Made by a program: the position numbers and the translations under genes
Shown here: positions 25,917 through 38,100 of the stretch, one piece after another
How positions within the stretch are numbered: the first letter of the stretch is position 1
Layout of the letters: each line of letters starts with the position of its first letter
Notes under the pieces: generated by a model
Told to the model about the DNA's origin: nothing
What the model saw: only the letters and a program-made list of their open reading frames with translations
Databases searched by the model: none
DNA from: Antedon mediterranea
Taxonomy: Eukaryota > Animalia > Echinodermata
Length of the DNA stretch: 64,000 nt
Direction of reading: 5' to 3'
Assembly (NCBI RefSeq): GCF_964355755.1
Contig: NC_092670.1
Coordinates: 40,660,388-40,724,387 of the forward strand

Positions 25917-27450
25917 CGGAAGCCCGTTCGGGCCACAAGTTAACTATATTTTAAAAGCTGTTACCTGGCGGCGCCGCCACTTAATTATCTGGCGGCCGCC
26001 ACTTAATAATTAGTACATGTCCCGTCACGTGACATGTACGTGCATTGGATCAGAGGCGATGTTGCATATGGAACGCCATTGCCGCCTCCGGCAGCAAACT
26101 TTGATTCTATTCGGCTCTTTTACCATTATGTTCGGCTCTTTTACCATTCGGCGCATTTCTATTCGGCCCATTTACCATTACGTTCGGCTCTTTCAGTATT
26201 CGGCGCATTTCTATTTGGCCCATTTACCATTACGTTCGGCTCTTTCAGCATTCGCCTCTTTTTTATTCGGCCCATTTACCATTACGTTCGGCTCTTTCAG
26301 CATTCGGCTCCTTTTTATTCGGCCCATTTACCATTACGTTCGGCTCTTTTTGATTTGGCCCTTTTTTATACGGCGCAATTAAATTCTAACCTTCTTCTTC
26401 TTTATTGTATCAAACAGAAACAATTTCAATACAAAAGGTAGCCAAGATATAGCCGAAGCTAATCAAGCTTGGTACCTTTTATCTTAACTAACTTAAGCTA
26501 CGAAATTAACAAATAAATAACAGAACTTAAAAGAAAATCAAAATTTGATAACGTCAAAAACAAAACAAAAAAATGTTGAATAATAAATAAATAACATAAA
26601 GTTCTGTATGTACTATACTGTAATAAACAAAACCATATCAGTTCAATAGATAATATCTGATGAATTAACAATATATAAAACATTGTAAATTATAGATTAT
26701 TCTTTTATAGGCCTATACTTAAATAAAAGTAATTCTTTAAGTTGTTTAGAGAAAGCAAATCTAGATGTAATTGTTCGTAATTCTAAAGGTAAATCATTCC
26801 AAATAACAGCACCAGAAAAAGAGATTCTAAATCGTCCACAATTAATACGACAAGGGGGAATGGCTAAATTAAAATAATGATTAATTCTTGTATTATATGC
26901 ATGATCAGTAGTTTCAAAATAATCAGATAAACTATGAGGTAATCTATTATTAATAGATCAAAAACAAATTTAGAAACAGATAAGGTATAAAGTTTATTTA
27001 TATCTAATATTTTAAGTAAATGAAATAAAGGCAATGAATGTGTTCCAAACTTTTACATGGGGTCAAATGGAAGAAAATCAACGGCTGGAAATGAGTCTAT
27101 GAAAAGTTTACAAAACATATAGATGCAGCATGTAGAGTGTTTTGTTGGTTGAATTAAATGAATTTGAAGGAGGCTATTTCAATATGACTAATCATTTTAT
27201 TGACATGATTAATGTGTTAGAGAACTTTGGTTTGATTTATGGCCTAGGCTAGCTAGGCCTAGCCTAGTGTTAGCCTAACATTTAATAATAATAATAATTT
27301 ACCCTTTCTCTCTCAAAATTTGTTAAAAGATGAATTAATTTTAGGTTATTCAACCTAAAATTGAATCTGGCGGCCGCCAGATAATTATCTGGCGGCCGCC
27401 AGATAACAGCTTTTAAAATATAGTTAACTTGTGGCCCGAACGGGCTTCCG
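25917..27450. mobile_element. Non-autonomous DNA transposon, 47-bp perfect TIRs, TA TSD, with internal minisatellite and LINE fragment
   Basis: CGGAAGCCCGTTCGGGCCACAAGTTAACTATATTTTAAAAGCTGTTA and its reverse complement. Tandem ~54-bp units at 26105-26380. Confidence 0.88.
26395..27050 (-). mobile_element. CR1/L2-group (Crack/Daphne-like) LINE 3' fragment
   Basis: Minus strand reads RINCGRFRISFSGAVIWNDLPLELRTITSRFAFSKQLK, followed by a 3' UTR ending AATAAA(GAA)n. Confidence 0.7.
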
Positions 27451-28363
27451 TATAAATTGTATTGGTTTGGAACCATGCATACATATCGCTAGTCTAGCTT
27501 CTAGACGGAGTTCTCGTCTAGAATATCAGTAAAAATGTTGGCGAATTTGGCACATAAGGCGTTTCATACGTAAGCTACATAAAGCAATTCGCGTCAACTA
27601 TGATATGTCACGCGTCACTGCATTACAGCGTCACAAATATTAGTATTTCAATGGATGGATCATGGAGGATTATTTATAACTTTTCTGTTATTTCACTAAA
27701 ATTAAATTCACGTAAATCAAATAATTACAAAGTTAATATTTATTAAATATGCTTTATTTCACAAAAATAAATCAAAAAACATATTATGTTAATAATCTTA
27801 GTAATATTTTGAGAATTTTCATACCCAAATTCTTTTTTCTCTCATGAATGTAAATTTGTCTGTCATCAATTTTTAATCAAAAGTAATTTAAAATTATTTA
27901 GTATATTTAATAAGAAAAGTCTTCTTAAATTATTTTAGTTTTATGACCCTAGCAACCATAAGATGAACAAATAAAGTTAAAGAAATATAGAATCATAATG
28001 GCTTGCCAAACTTGTATTTTCAGAAATTGTTACTGTTATTATATAAAACTATTAGTGGACCTCTGTGTTTTAATATTATTGTTATTCAACCAAGAATTTA
28101 TAAATAGACTGTAGAACCTACTAACACACATAAACCAATACTACAGTAGTCCAGGTTAACAGACTGTATATCAACATTAATTATATAGCTTGAAATACAT
28201 TTTCCAGACAAAAAACGTTGATTGGTTGTCTAAAAAGACAATAAATACAGGCTTGGTGAATGTCTAGAACCGATACATACTGTATCAACATGACTCGTTA
28301 AATGTATAAAAACAAATATTAAATAATATAAAATTTTTGGCAATATTCAGGTAATAATTATAA

Positions 28364-28514
28364 AGCTTGGTTCCCACTAGGACGCAATGCAAGGACGTAA
28401 GCACAACGCAAGTAATTTGACCAATAACAACGAAATGGAACCATTGCTTGTGATTGGTCAAGTTACTTGCGTTATGCCTACGCTATTGTTTTGTGTCTAA
28501 GTAAGAACTAAGCT
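28364..28514. mobile_element. MITE family B (TIR AGCTTGGTTCCCACTAG, core ACGCAACGCAAG...TTGACCAATCACAAG)
   Basis: Full or partial copies also at ~22414, 28670, 30250, 43090, 43586/47298, 47320, 49314-49493, 49496-49650 and 52543-52682. Confidence 0.75.
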
Positions 28515-29233
28515 TTAGAAACATATTAGCTAAACTATAAATTGTGAGTTTTTTTCCTTTTATTTAATGGTACTGTATGATTTATTGATTGGTTTCAACA
28601 AAAACAATGAAAATGTTTCTCAAAACTATTTATAAGCATAAATTGTTACATGCACAACGATTACATCCTTGAGTTGTGTCCTAGTGGGAACCAAGCCTTA
28701 GGTGTAATGTGTATCTAATATTAATACAGAAGGCAGTCATAGAGAATGCCCTTTTGGAAAAAAAACATTTAAATTGTTATTAATTATTGCACAGGTACCA
28801 TTATTATGATTCAAGATTCTTTGAACTTTAACCTGTATTGTAACAGTCAACCCTCTTTCTGTTTCAGATCTATTTTCACTTCTATTTTCTCTTTCTCTAC
28901 TTTTCATTTGTTTATACAGTAGTTGGCTCTCCCAATACTGGACTCTCTAAAAACCAGAAACTCCCTCAAAACATGGCTTTACTTTCAAAGTCATAAATTT
29001 ATGTTTCATTATATTCTGAAAATCTAGCATATTAGGCGACCCATTGGAATGGTGTCCAGTACTGAGAGTTTTGACTATATTGGCGCTTTTTTTATTTCCT
29101 AAAGGTAGTTTTTTAAGAAGTTGATTTCTAATCTAATTCTGTTAGCAGAAGAACATTTTTACTCATAGCCTACCAAATCCCTGAGAATTTTAAATGATTT
29201 TGGACTCATTGCTAATCTATGCAGTACAATCTA

Positions 29234-31907
29234 TTATTCCCGAGGAATTGCACAAACTTTAAATGGTTTTGGACTCATTGTTAACCCTACAAGGGGATCT
29301 AGATCCGGTAGAGTTTCACCTTCTGGAATTATTAATTTAAATCGTTGAAAGAAATTGGTCATTACGAGGAAAATCTCCATCTTGGCCATACTCTCACCCA
29401 AACAAGCTCTTCTTCCTGTAAAACAATTATAGTTTATTTATTATAGTATAAATATGTATAAGTATTACATTTATTATTACAATTTTTTTCATCTTGGTTG
29501 AATTTTAAAGAAAAAATCGATATTTATGTTTAAAAACATTGCACAAGTTACTGAATACGATAAAAATTAAAACATCAATTTTAATTTATTTCAAAAAATC
29601 AAATTGGTTTACTTACCAATACCAAAAGGCATGAACATTTTCGGTTTGCTAACTTTTTTCCCATCATCTATTAAGAATCTTGAAGGGTCAAAGGTCATCG
29701 GATCATCCCAATACTTTGGATCAGTGTGGATCCTATAGAGATTAAGATTGATGATTGTTCCTTTCGGAATCTTGTAACCTTTTACGACACACTCTTGCGC
29801 GTTTCCGTGAGGCAGCGTGGCACCTGCTATGTTGCCCAATCGTTGCACTTCATATGTGGTAGCTTCAAAATATGGGAGGCTGCTTTGATCGGCCATCGTT
29901 GGCTTTCTACCATCCAGAACATCATCAATCTCTTTCCGAACCTAACAAAGAATAAGTAAAAGAATATGAGTTGTTCTGCCACTTGAGAGTGTACCATCTT
30001 ATTTGGCATATTTGATTTGGGGACTTTTTTGTTGAGTATTATTCTCCCTTTTTAGTAACTTCTAACAATGCATTTCCTGCGGAGTAATTTACAGAGTTAA
30101 TTTCCAAGCGTTAAAGCTTTTTTCATTTCATTTCATTACATTATTTATTTGGTCAATTTAAGTATATACAAAACAAAAAAAAACTGAAATTGGGGAGACC
30201 AGGGTCAACCTAAGTGAACTTAATCACTGTAGCTGAGCCGGTTGACCAACTAGGACGCAACGCAAGGAAGTAAGTGCAACACAAGTGAGCTGGTGACTGC
30301 TCACTTGTCAACTCACTGGTGTTGCTCTTGCATATTGCATCCTTGTTGGATCCTGCTTTTATAGTAAATACTCAACTCAACTTGGTTAAGTTTCCAATCA
30401 ATTACTGTACTCCAATTATTATCTAGCTACTACTACTAGTGATTAGTGAAAATGTTGTCAAATACTATTAACATTTACAATGGAAGAATATTTCTTAAGG
30501 AAGCATACTTTATCTTGGACTTCTTGATAAGTTGCCATGTAAATAAAAAACCACATCAAAGTGCTGGATGTTGTTTCAGCCCCTGCAACAAATATCGTCA
30601 AAAGGGACGTCCACATGACGTCTGGATTAAAGAATTTCTTCTCCTCTTTGTCACACATTTCACCTTCTGCGAGGAGTCTATCAGTAATATCTCTGATGTT
30701 TTCAGGGTCAAAGGTCTCTTTATGTTTCTTAACTTGATTCCTTACAAACTCTGTTAGGTATATTGCTGGAAGTGCCTTGTGTTTGAACATTGGTAGAGAC
30801 ATTATAGACGGTATATGCATTTCTATATTTTTTAAACTGCACTGCTTAAAGAACTTCAACAAATTTTGTAAGAGTTCCTGGAACTCTGGATCTGAGTATT
30901 CATAGCGGTCACCAAATGCTATATTGCAGATAATATTGGCGACAGCACAGTTCACAATATGTTGAGGGTTGAAGGGGTTAGAGTGGTAATTCGCAGCTTC
31001 TTGGCAGAAAATGTCAGTTTCTGTTTTTATCTTCACTTCTAAACTTCTCTTTCCCATTCCAAAATGACGCAAGGCCGTTATCATCCATCGTCTCCTGGCC
31101 TTCCAGGCTGGGCCATTCTCCCATACAACGCTTCCTGAAAGATAAAACATATTATTCTCAAAAGAATTTTAGAATGTATTGTTACCAAAAACATGAAACT
31201 GAAGATTTATAAAATCAAACTTAATAGTCTATTTTGCAACTTTAATCAAGTTAATCACTTTTGTAGTGAAAAAAGACAAAATAAACGGTTAAATTTGTAC
31301 CAAAAGCTAATTGGTTAGCAGTCAATTTTATTATTTTTTGCTTTATTGCAGTTTTTTTAAGGTAAATTTTTTTTTCAATCCAATTTTTGGTAAGTGAATA
31401 TGTACATTAAAATTGCATATTCAAGCAAAAAATGTTTAAAAATTATTTTTTCAAAAGAAAATATATCTTTAAATAAATTTATTTTATTTGGCATACAAAG
31501 ACATCAGATTCTTTATGGCTTTAAAAGAAATGGCAGCACTGTCTCCAAAACGTCTTACCTTCAGCAGCCATGTTGTACGTCATAAAAGGAACAGGGTTTC
31601 GTTGTGAAAACAGGTCGGGTTGTTTTTGGAACATATCTATGGCAAGCTGTCCATCATTTACCCAAAGCACAACTCGAAAAGGTCCCTGGTACAGAGTGAT
31701 TATATCGCCGAACTTCTCAGCCCATTCACAAATTCTTTTATACGGTGTCTTTCCGTAGGAAAGCACATTTCCCACGATCGGCAGCGGAGTAGGGCCGGGT
31801 GGAAGTGAATTTATCGAGCGTTGACGAAGATACAACGTTAAAAAAATGATAACAAACACGATATACGCGCTGTAGTCGCTAACAGAATCAGATAACAACA
31901 AACTCAT
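29234..31907 (-). CDS. Cytochrome P450, CYP2 clan (copy B, tandem paralog)
   Basis: Exons 31559-31907, 30509-31134, 29617-29941, 29234-29415, with the same exon lengths and motifs as copy A. Confidence 0.93.
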
Positions 31908-32634
31908 ACTACTAGGCCTAGTCTGTTTTAAAAAGGATATATAAACAAGTTTAATACACGTAAATTAGGCTTTAAAACCGAGACAACTAGTAGCTACTCT
32001 CTCCGACGGCTACACTACAATCACGAGTGTGTTGTAGTTTCGCTTATGAAACGTCTGGCCTGGGGTTCAAGGAAAACAGACAGGAGGGGATTAGGCGGTT
32101 ATGACCTAGTAGCCAATGCAATGACCCAAATCATCCTTCGATTTAAAAAAAACGGAAAAAAATAATGTTTTCAATTATAAAAAGACAAAATAAATGGTTA
32201 AATTCAACCAAAACCCCCTTAGCTATTTTAATTTATGTACAGCGCATTGGGAGCTTGCTTATAATTAATATGCGCTATATAACAATGAACTATAAATATT
32301 AATTATTTGTATTGCCTGGCAGCCAATTTGACTATTTGTTTGCTTTAAATTACAGTTTTTTTAGGTAAATATTTTTTCTTTGATCCACTTTTTGGTAAAA
32401 AAAGAAAACTATAATGTATGTAACATTAACATTGCATATTCAACAACAATGTTAGACAATTATTTGGGGGACAATATAATATCTTTAAAAAAAAACAACG
32501 TTGTAGGCGGCGCATGCCATGAATTTATGGTTTTCACTGCGCTCTATCTATTGTATTGATGGAAAGTTATTTTTATCAGTTAAAAAATTAAATCAACGAG
32601 CGAGTGAACTCACAGGGAATTCACACTCACAAAC

Positions 32635-34663
32635 CAGGGGTGGCGCCAGGATCTTTCCGACGCGGGGGATAAATTCCCCGACGGGGGGGGGGGGGGGGGA
32701 AGCATCACTTGGCTGGGGTCCAGGGGGAAGCCCCGGAAGCAACGCGTTATAGCGTAATTTGAGGCCGTTTTAATCAGATTTAGGGTAGCCAGTTTTTTCA
32801 ATTTTGTATGGTACATAAATAAAATACTGTGTGAAAAACACATTGCAAGAGGTCCGGTACGATGACTGTGTAAATCCATTCTTTCAAATTTAAAAATGAA
32901 GTTTTTAAAGTTCAATATGCCTATCATAGAAAATATACGCGAACGTAAAACCTCCCCACGGGCCAAGAGGTATATCGTTATAATCGCAGAGACGTAGGCA
33001 GGTTGCTGTCTGGGGGTGCGAAAATTGTAAATGCGCGAGATATCCATGGTCTGATCTGTAAGAAAATTTTGAAAAATAGGGCTGCTAGGTCCCCGGAAAT
33101 TGCAATTATACATTGATATATAAAACGAAATTACAAGTCTATCAGAGAACAAGCCCACCGAGGTTGAGATGGAGCTAAGGACATTTAAACAACTAGAGTT
33201 GTTAGGTCCCCGGATATTGGATTATAGTATTTCGAAAAAAAGAAACAAAATATATAAGGCTCCAGGACCAGCCCTACCATTAGGGTTGAGCTGCTAAGAA
33301 AATTGTGAAAAATAGAAACAAAATGTACGGTATTAATACATGACCAGCTCTATAATTGGGGACGGTTGAGCTAAGACAATTTTGAAAAGTAGAGATGCAG
33401 GTCTTCAAAAATTACACCTATACTTTAAAAAAATTCAGACATAGAGGCCTAAACAAGTTACCATTTTTACCTTTTATTTGGAGGGGAATGCGTCCACAAG
33501 CGTAGACCATTTTCCGTCGGGGAAATCAGTTTATTTCCTAGATGTGAATCTGGAATTTCGATGTAATAGCCTAACTTAGCTATAATAAGATGTTGGCTAA
33601 ATGAAAATGGCATGTTTTTTGTTTAGTAATGTAGGCCGAGCCTACAGTGAAAAACGTCTATTTCAGGTTCAGGTAATCGTGAATTAAAAAATTGAACATA
33701 CGAACAATAAAATAGATCGCGAAGATAATTCGTACCCTTTTTCTGTCGATACACATGTAGTACACGACGTAATGCGTCAGTAAACTTCGCCTGGAAAGTA
33801 ACTACAGTACACATTCTGGTCCCTGGGTGGAACATGATATCACGCGTAAACCGCAATGGGCCGGGCCCAATGTTAAACGATTCGTACAAAGGGACACCGC
33901 CAGACAAGTGCATACCTATTGTTTATTAGATCGCTGGCAATAATGCATGCATAATAAAGTGTAATAGCCCTCCGACGTACTTAACAAAAATGGAACTTCG
34001 CGATTTTCTAGTCGCTGAAGCTACGAAGTGAAACGCGAATGATTTTTACTTTATATTATATTCCCCAACGAAAAGTCACGTGGTGTGCACGCCGGCCATG
34101 TTTGTGTCCAACTATGCCTATGTAGCGTATGGAGTCGAGTCATTTGCTTAAAAAATGTATAACATTCACAAGGCTTTAAATATCGAATTTAATATCAAAA
34201 CAATCAATTTGTTTAAAGGTTTTTGCTAAGATAATAACGAAATCATAAAGTTACTGCGAACATGATTTTAAACAACAAAATGTAAAAACAATGCATTACT
34301 ATAGAGAATCGCTGTACAAACTAAACGCGCACGCGTAGAGCGTGCATGGAGCGCACAACCAGAACCGTTCCGAAATTGCTATTTTTGTTTTAAATCATGT
34401 TCGCAGTAACTTTATAATTTTTTTATTATTTTAACAAAAACCTTTAATCAAATTGATTGTTTTGATATTAAATTCGATAATTAAAGCCTTTTGTCTTGAA
34501 CGTTATACATTTTCAAAACAAAAGACTCAACTCCATACGCTACATAGGAATAGTTGGTACCTCCATGGTTGGACACAAACACGGCTTCTAATCCATTCGA
34601 AGTCGTAAAGATTGTATAGCCCCCCCCCCCCCCCCCCACCCCCTCCCGCTGGCGCCACCACTG
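32635..34663. mobile_element. Non-autonomous hAT element
   Basis: TIR CAGGGGTGGCGCCAG / CTGGCGCCACCACTG with perfect 8-bp TSD TCACAAAC (32627-32634, 34664-34671); subterminal G and C runs. Confidence 0.9.
34093..34586. mobile_element. Long-TIR MITE nested in the hAT element
   Basis: ~190-bp imperfect inverted repeats, TGTTTGTGTCCAAC...TTACTGCGAACATGA versus the reverse complement. Confidence 0.75.
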
Positions 34664-35119
34664 TCACAAACACGACAAAACGATAAAAAAAAATTTAATT
34701 TTTCTCACGCGATACGCACGCGTCGATCATAATTATGATGAGACACATAACATCATGCGAGAATTTGGAACTAAAGAGGGCGCTATATAATCTTTGGACA
34801 AAACGACCAAGACCGGCCATCAACGTCAAGGTAGCGCAAAGCATGCACTGGTCGTACAAGTTAACCTAGCTAGGCCTACATCCTAACTAAAACAATTATT
34901 AGCGCCTCACAATCCACATTATTTATAAAGTGTGAGTTTTTAAATTATTAATTCCACAAGCCTCATCATCATTAATATAAATAACGCAGTGAGTCGTGGC
35001 GGATAGGTGACCCAGCAGTTTCCGTCCGTTAGAAACCTTCTTGCGCCGGGGATCGGAAGATTCTACTCTACTACTAACTAGGCCTAGCTTTGCTCCGTTT
35101 TTGTTAAAATCATTGGATT

Positions 35120-38100
35120 ATGTTGAGGAGTGTAAGGTGCTTAAAGGAGTTACTAAAACTAAGTAAATCTTCTACAAAAATCACCAAAAAACAAGTGTAA
35201 GTTTAAACTATCTGCTATTTTTAATGTTTGTGCTTTTTTATACTTTCAAATTTCATTTTTTTTAATGATAAAAATGGTGTATGTTTGTCCATAGAGATAT
35301 TATATACATGTACTATAATATCTCAGGTTTATCTATTTATTGTCATTTGTTATCTTTTGTAGTTTAAATGGGGCCCTTAGATTATGTAGTGGATTAAATA
35401 GTACTTTCATGCTTTTGAAAGACACATGTAAAAAGACAATAGACAGGTATTATTACAGTATTTCTCTTTTTTTTTCATTTTTAGAACTCTAGCGCCATTT
35501 ATGATGAGTACTAAGCATGGAAGTGATCATCTGGAAAGGACATCTAACGAAGAAAGGACAAATGTGAGTTTTTTCTTTGATTTAATGTCAAGAGATTTGT
35601 AATTCCAGAGAGGCGAATAAGCAATTTGCTTTAGCCTTAATTTCAAGGTAATTCAAGATATGTTTTTATGTTACACATGCACATTTTATATAGATTGCTT
35701 AATTTTCACTCTGTCCTTTCTCATTTTTAAGTTTCCTGAATCTTAATAGTTTACACATGTTTTTATTTTTGATTGATACTTGTATTTATGTTATGTTATA
35801 CTTTATAGATGTGAAATTGAATTGAGTTTAATATATTGTAATTTTTTATTTATTAAAATAAGAAATATTTTTATTTACTTTACACGTTACAGCCAGAGTA
35901 TTCCGAGGCAGAGGTCATTGAACTTAATGACATGTCGCCTACTGTCAAGCGACTTTTACTAAAAGTAAACGACCAATCATTTATTTTTAAAGCTGGCCAA
36001 TGGTAAGATTATAAATAGTTCATATTTATTAGGTTAATACTACAGTAGGTATAGGTGATATCATCATGGGTGTCTAGAAAATTCAGATATAGAAAACTCA
36101 GATCTCAGATATCTGAGTTTTCTAGATCTAGAAAACTCAGATATCAATACAGTATCTGACTTTTCTAGTTCCAAAATGAAACTAGAAAACTCAGATCATC
36201 ATTTGATTGGTTGGTAGGTCATTTGGATCATTCCATTATTAATCGGAAGGTAGGTCATTTGAAATACTAGAGTATTATTAAAACTGATTACTGTGTACAT
36301 TTTCTTACTAATATTGTAACATGTAGAAGCGGCCTACGGCTTAAATCATAAAGAAAATACAGTGCATGTTACCATTAAAATATAGGCTTAAAAATGAGGC
36401 ATGTACGAGTTGGTGTGGGTACGAGTTGGTGTGGGTAGAAGTTGGTTGAGGTATGAGTTAGCCAAGTTTGGAATAGGTACGAGTTGACCACTTGTAGTCT
36501 AGTACTGTAGGACCAGGTCTACTCTTCGCGATACATCGCGATAGCGCCCACATGTTGAGCCTTGAAATGAATTGAGTTTGCTTAGCTAGGCCTAAATGCT
36601 AAGCCTACATTTTAAAAGGTGTAAACTGTATTTCTTTATGATTTAAGTCGTAGGCTGCTACTACAAGTTACAATAATTATTAGTTTTCTAGCTCTAGAAA
36701 AGTCAGATATCTGAGTTTTAGAAAACTCAGATATATCTGAGATCTGAGTTTTCTAGACACCCTATCATCATGGGTATGTTTTATGAGTAAAGCCTGGTTT
36801 CCATTAAAATCGCTACAGCGTTTCCATTAAAATCGCTACACGCGCAGATGTTGCCGACGCAATCGGGAAGGCTCCCCGATTCATCGCAGTCAAATCGGCA
36901 AAGTTCAACCATGTTCCATTGTGTCGGCGATGAATCGTATACGCGTACCAAAGAATATTTAGCGCTCGCGTACTAGATCCCCGATAAATTCTAGTTTCCA
37001 TAGAATCGCTACTCTCTGTCGTGTAGCGATTTTATGGAAACCAGGCTTAAGGTAAGAATATAGGAGGATCCAAAGAGGGAACAAGCTGACCCAACCCCCA
37101 CTAAGTCTAAATAATTGCAAAAGATAGGACATATGTTGAGTTCTTTTTCAATTTTAAACCCTTGAATCATTGATTTAAAAGTGTAGGTGTAATCAGTTTT
37201 TTTGTAATATTTCAATTTTTAATTGTTTTGTAGGGTAGACTTCATCATTCCCAACATTGAAACATTCACAGGCTTCTCCATGTCTTCATCACCTGACCAA
37301 CTCCAGTCATCCTTCATTGAGCTTGCCGTTCAATTTAGTGATTACCCTCCCACCCTCTGGGTCCACAAAGAGGTAACAATCATTATTTTGTTTATTTCAG
37401 GGTGGATTTCTATATACACGATCCAACAGTGCAAATAGTAGGAGGGTATTCTATATCATCAGAGCCTTTTCAGTTTTTGTACAATAGAGTTTTAGAGTTA
37501 GCTGTCAAATTTAGTAAATACCCTCCAGCCTTTTGGACACATACGCAGGTATGAAATAAAACACTAAATTTATGTGCACTTTTCTAGTTACAGTATTATT
37601 TATGTTGAAATAAACAAAATCGTTTTGCAGTAGAATTTTGACATTATCCCTATACGATCAAATTTTATGGGAGAAAAAAATGATGATGATGTCATATCAC
37701 TACCATATTTGGGCACATCAAACTTTTTTTGTCAAACTAGTTGGATAGTGTGGACAGAGCTTAATACTTGATCATTTTTTTTTCAAGTGTCAAATTGGAA
37801 ATAAGGTTTCACTACGTGTCGGAGGAACTCAAATTATATATGACCCCCAGCCAAGTGACCCGCATTACAATGTTTTACTAATTGCTGGAGGTATCGGTAT
37901 CAACCCTCTCCTATCAATGATACGTCACGCCAACAGTCTAAAGAGGGCGCAAACTCATTGGTTTTCCCCTGTGCGTTTTCAATTACTCTATAGTGCATCT
38001 ACAAGGAAAGAATTAATTTTTCAGGTAGTATATTTTCTTCAGATTTTTTTCTATGTTCTATTAAAGGATATTTGTACTGGTGGTTATTTAAGCATGGGAA

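Noticed and set aside
26017-26441. Overlapping 121- and 135-aa ORFs
   Set aside because: Derived from the minisatellite inside a non-autonomous transposon.
32610-33158. 182-aa minus-strand ORF
   Set aside because: Lies in a non-autonomous hAT element, has no transposase motifs, and its poly-Pro comes from a G-run.
34770-34790. CTCF-like site AGAGGGCGCT (also at ~7204)
   Set aside because: Partial motif only; cannot be supported from sequence alone.
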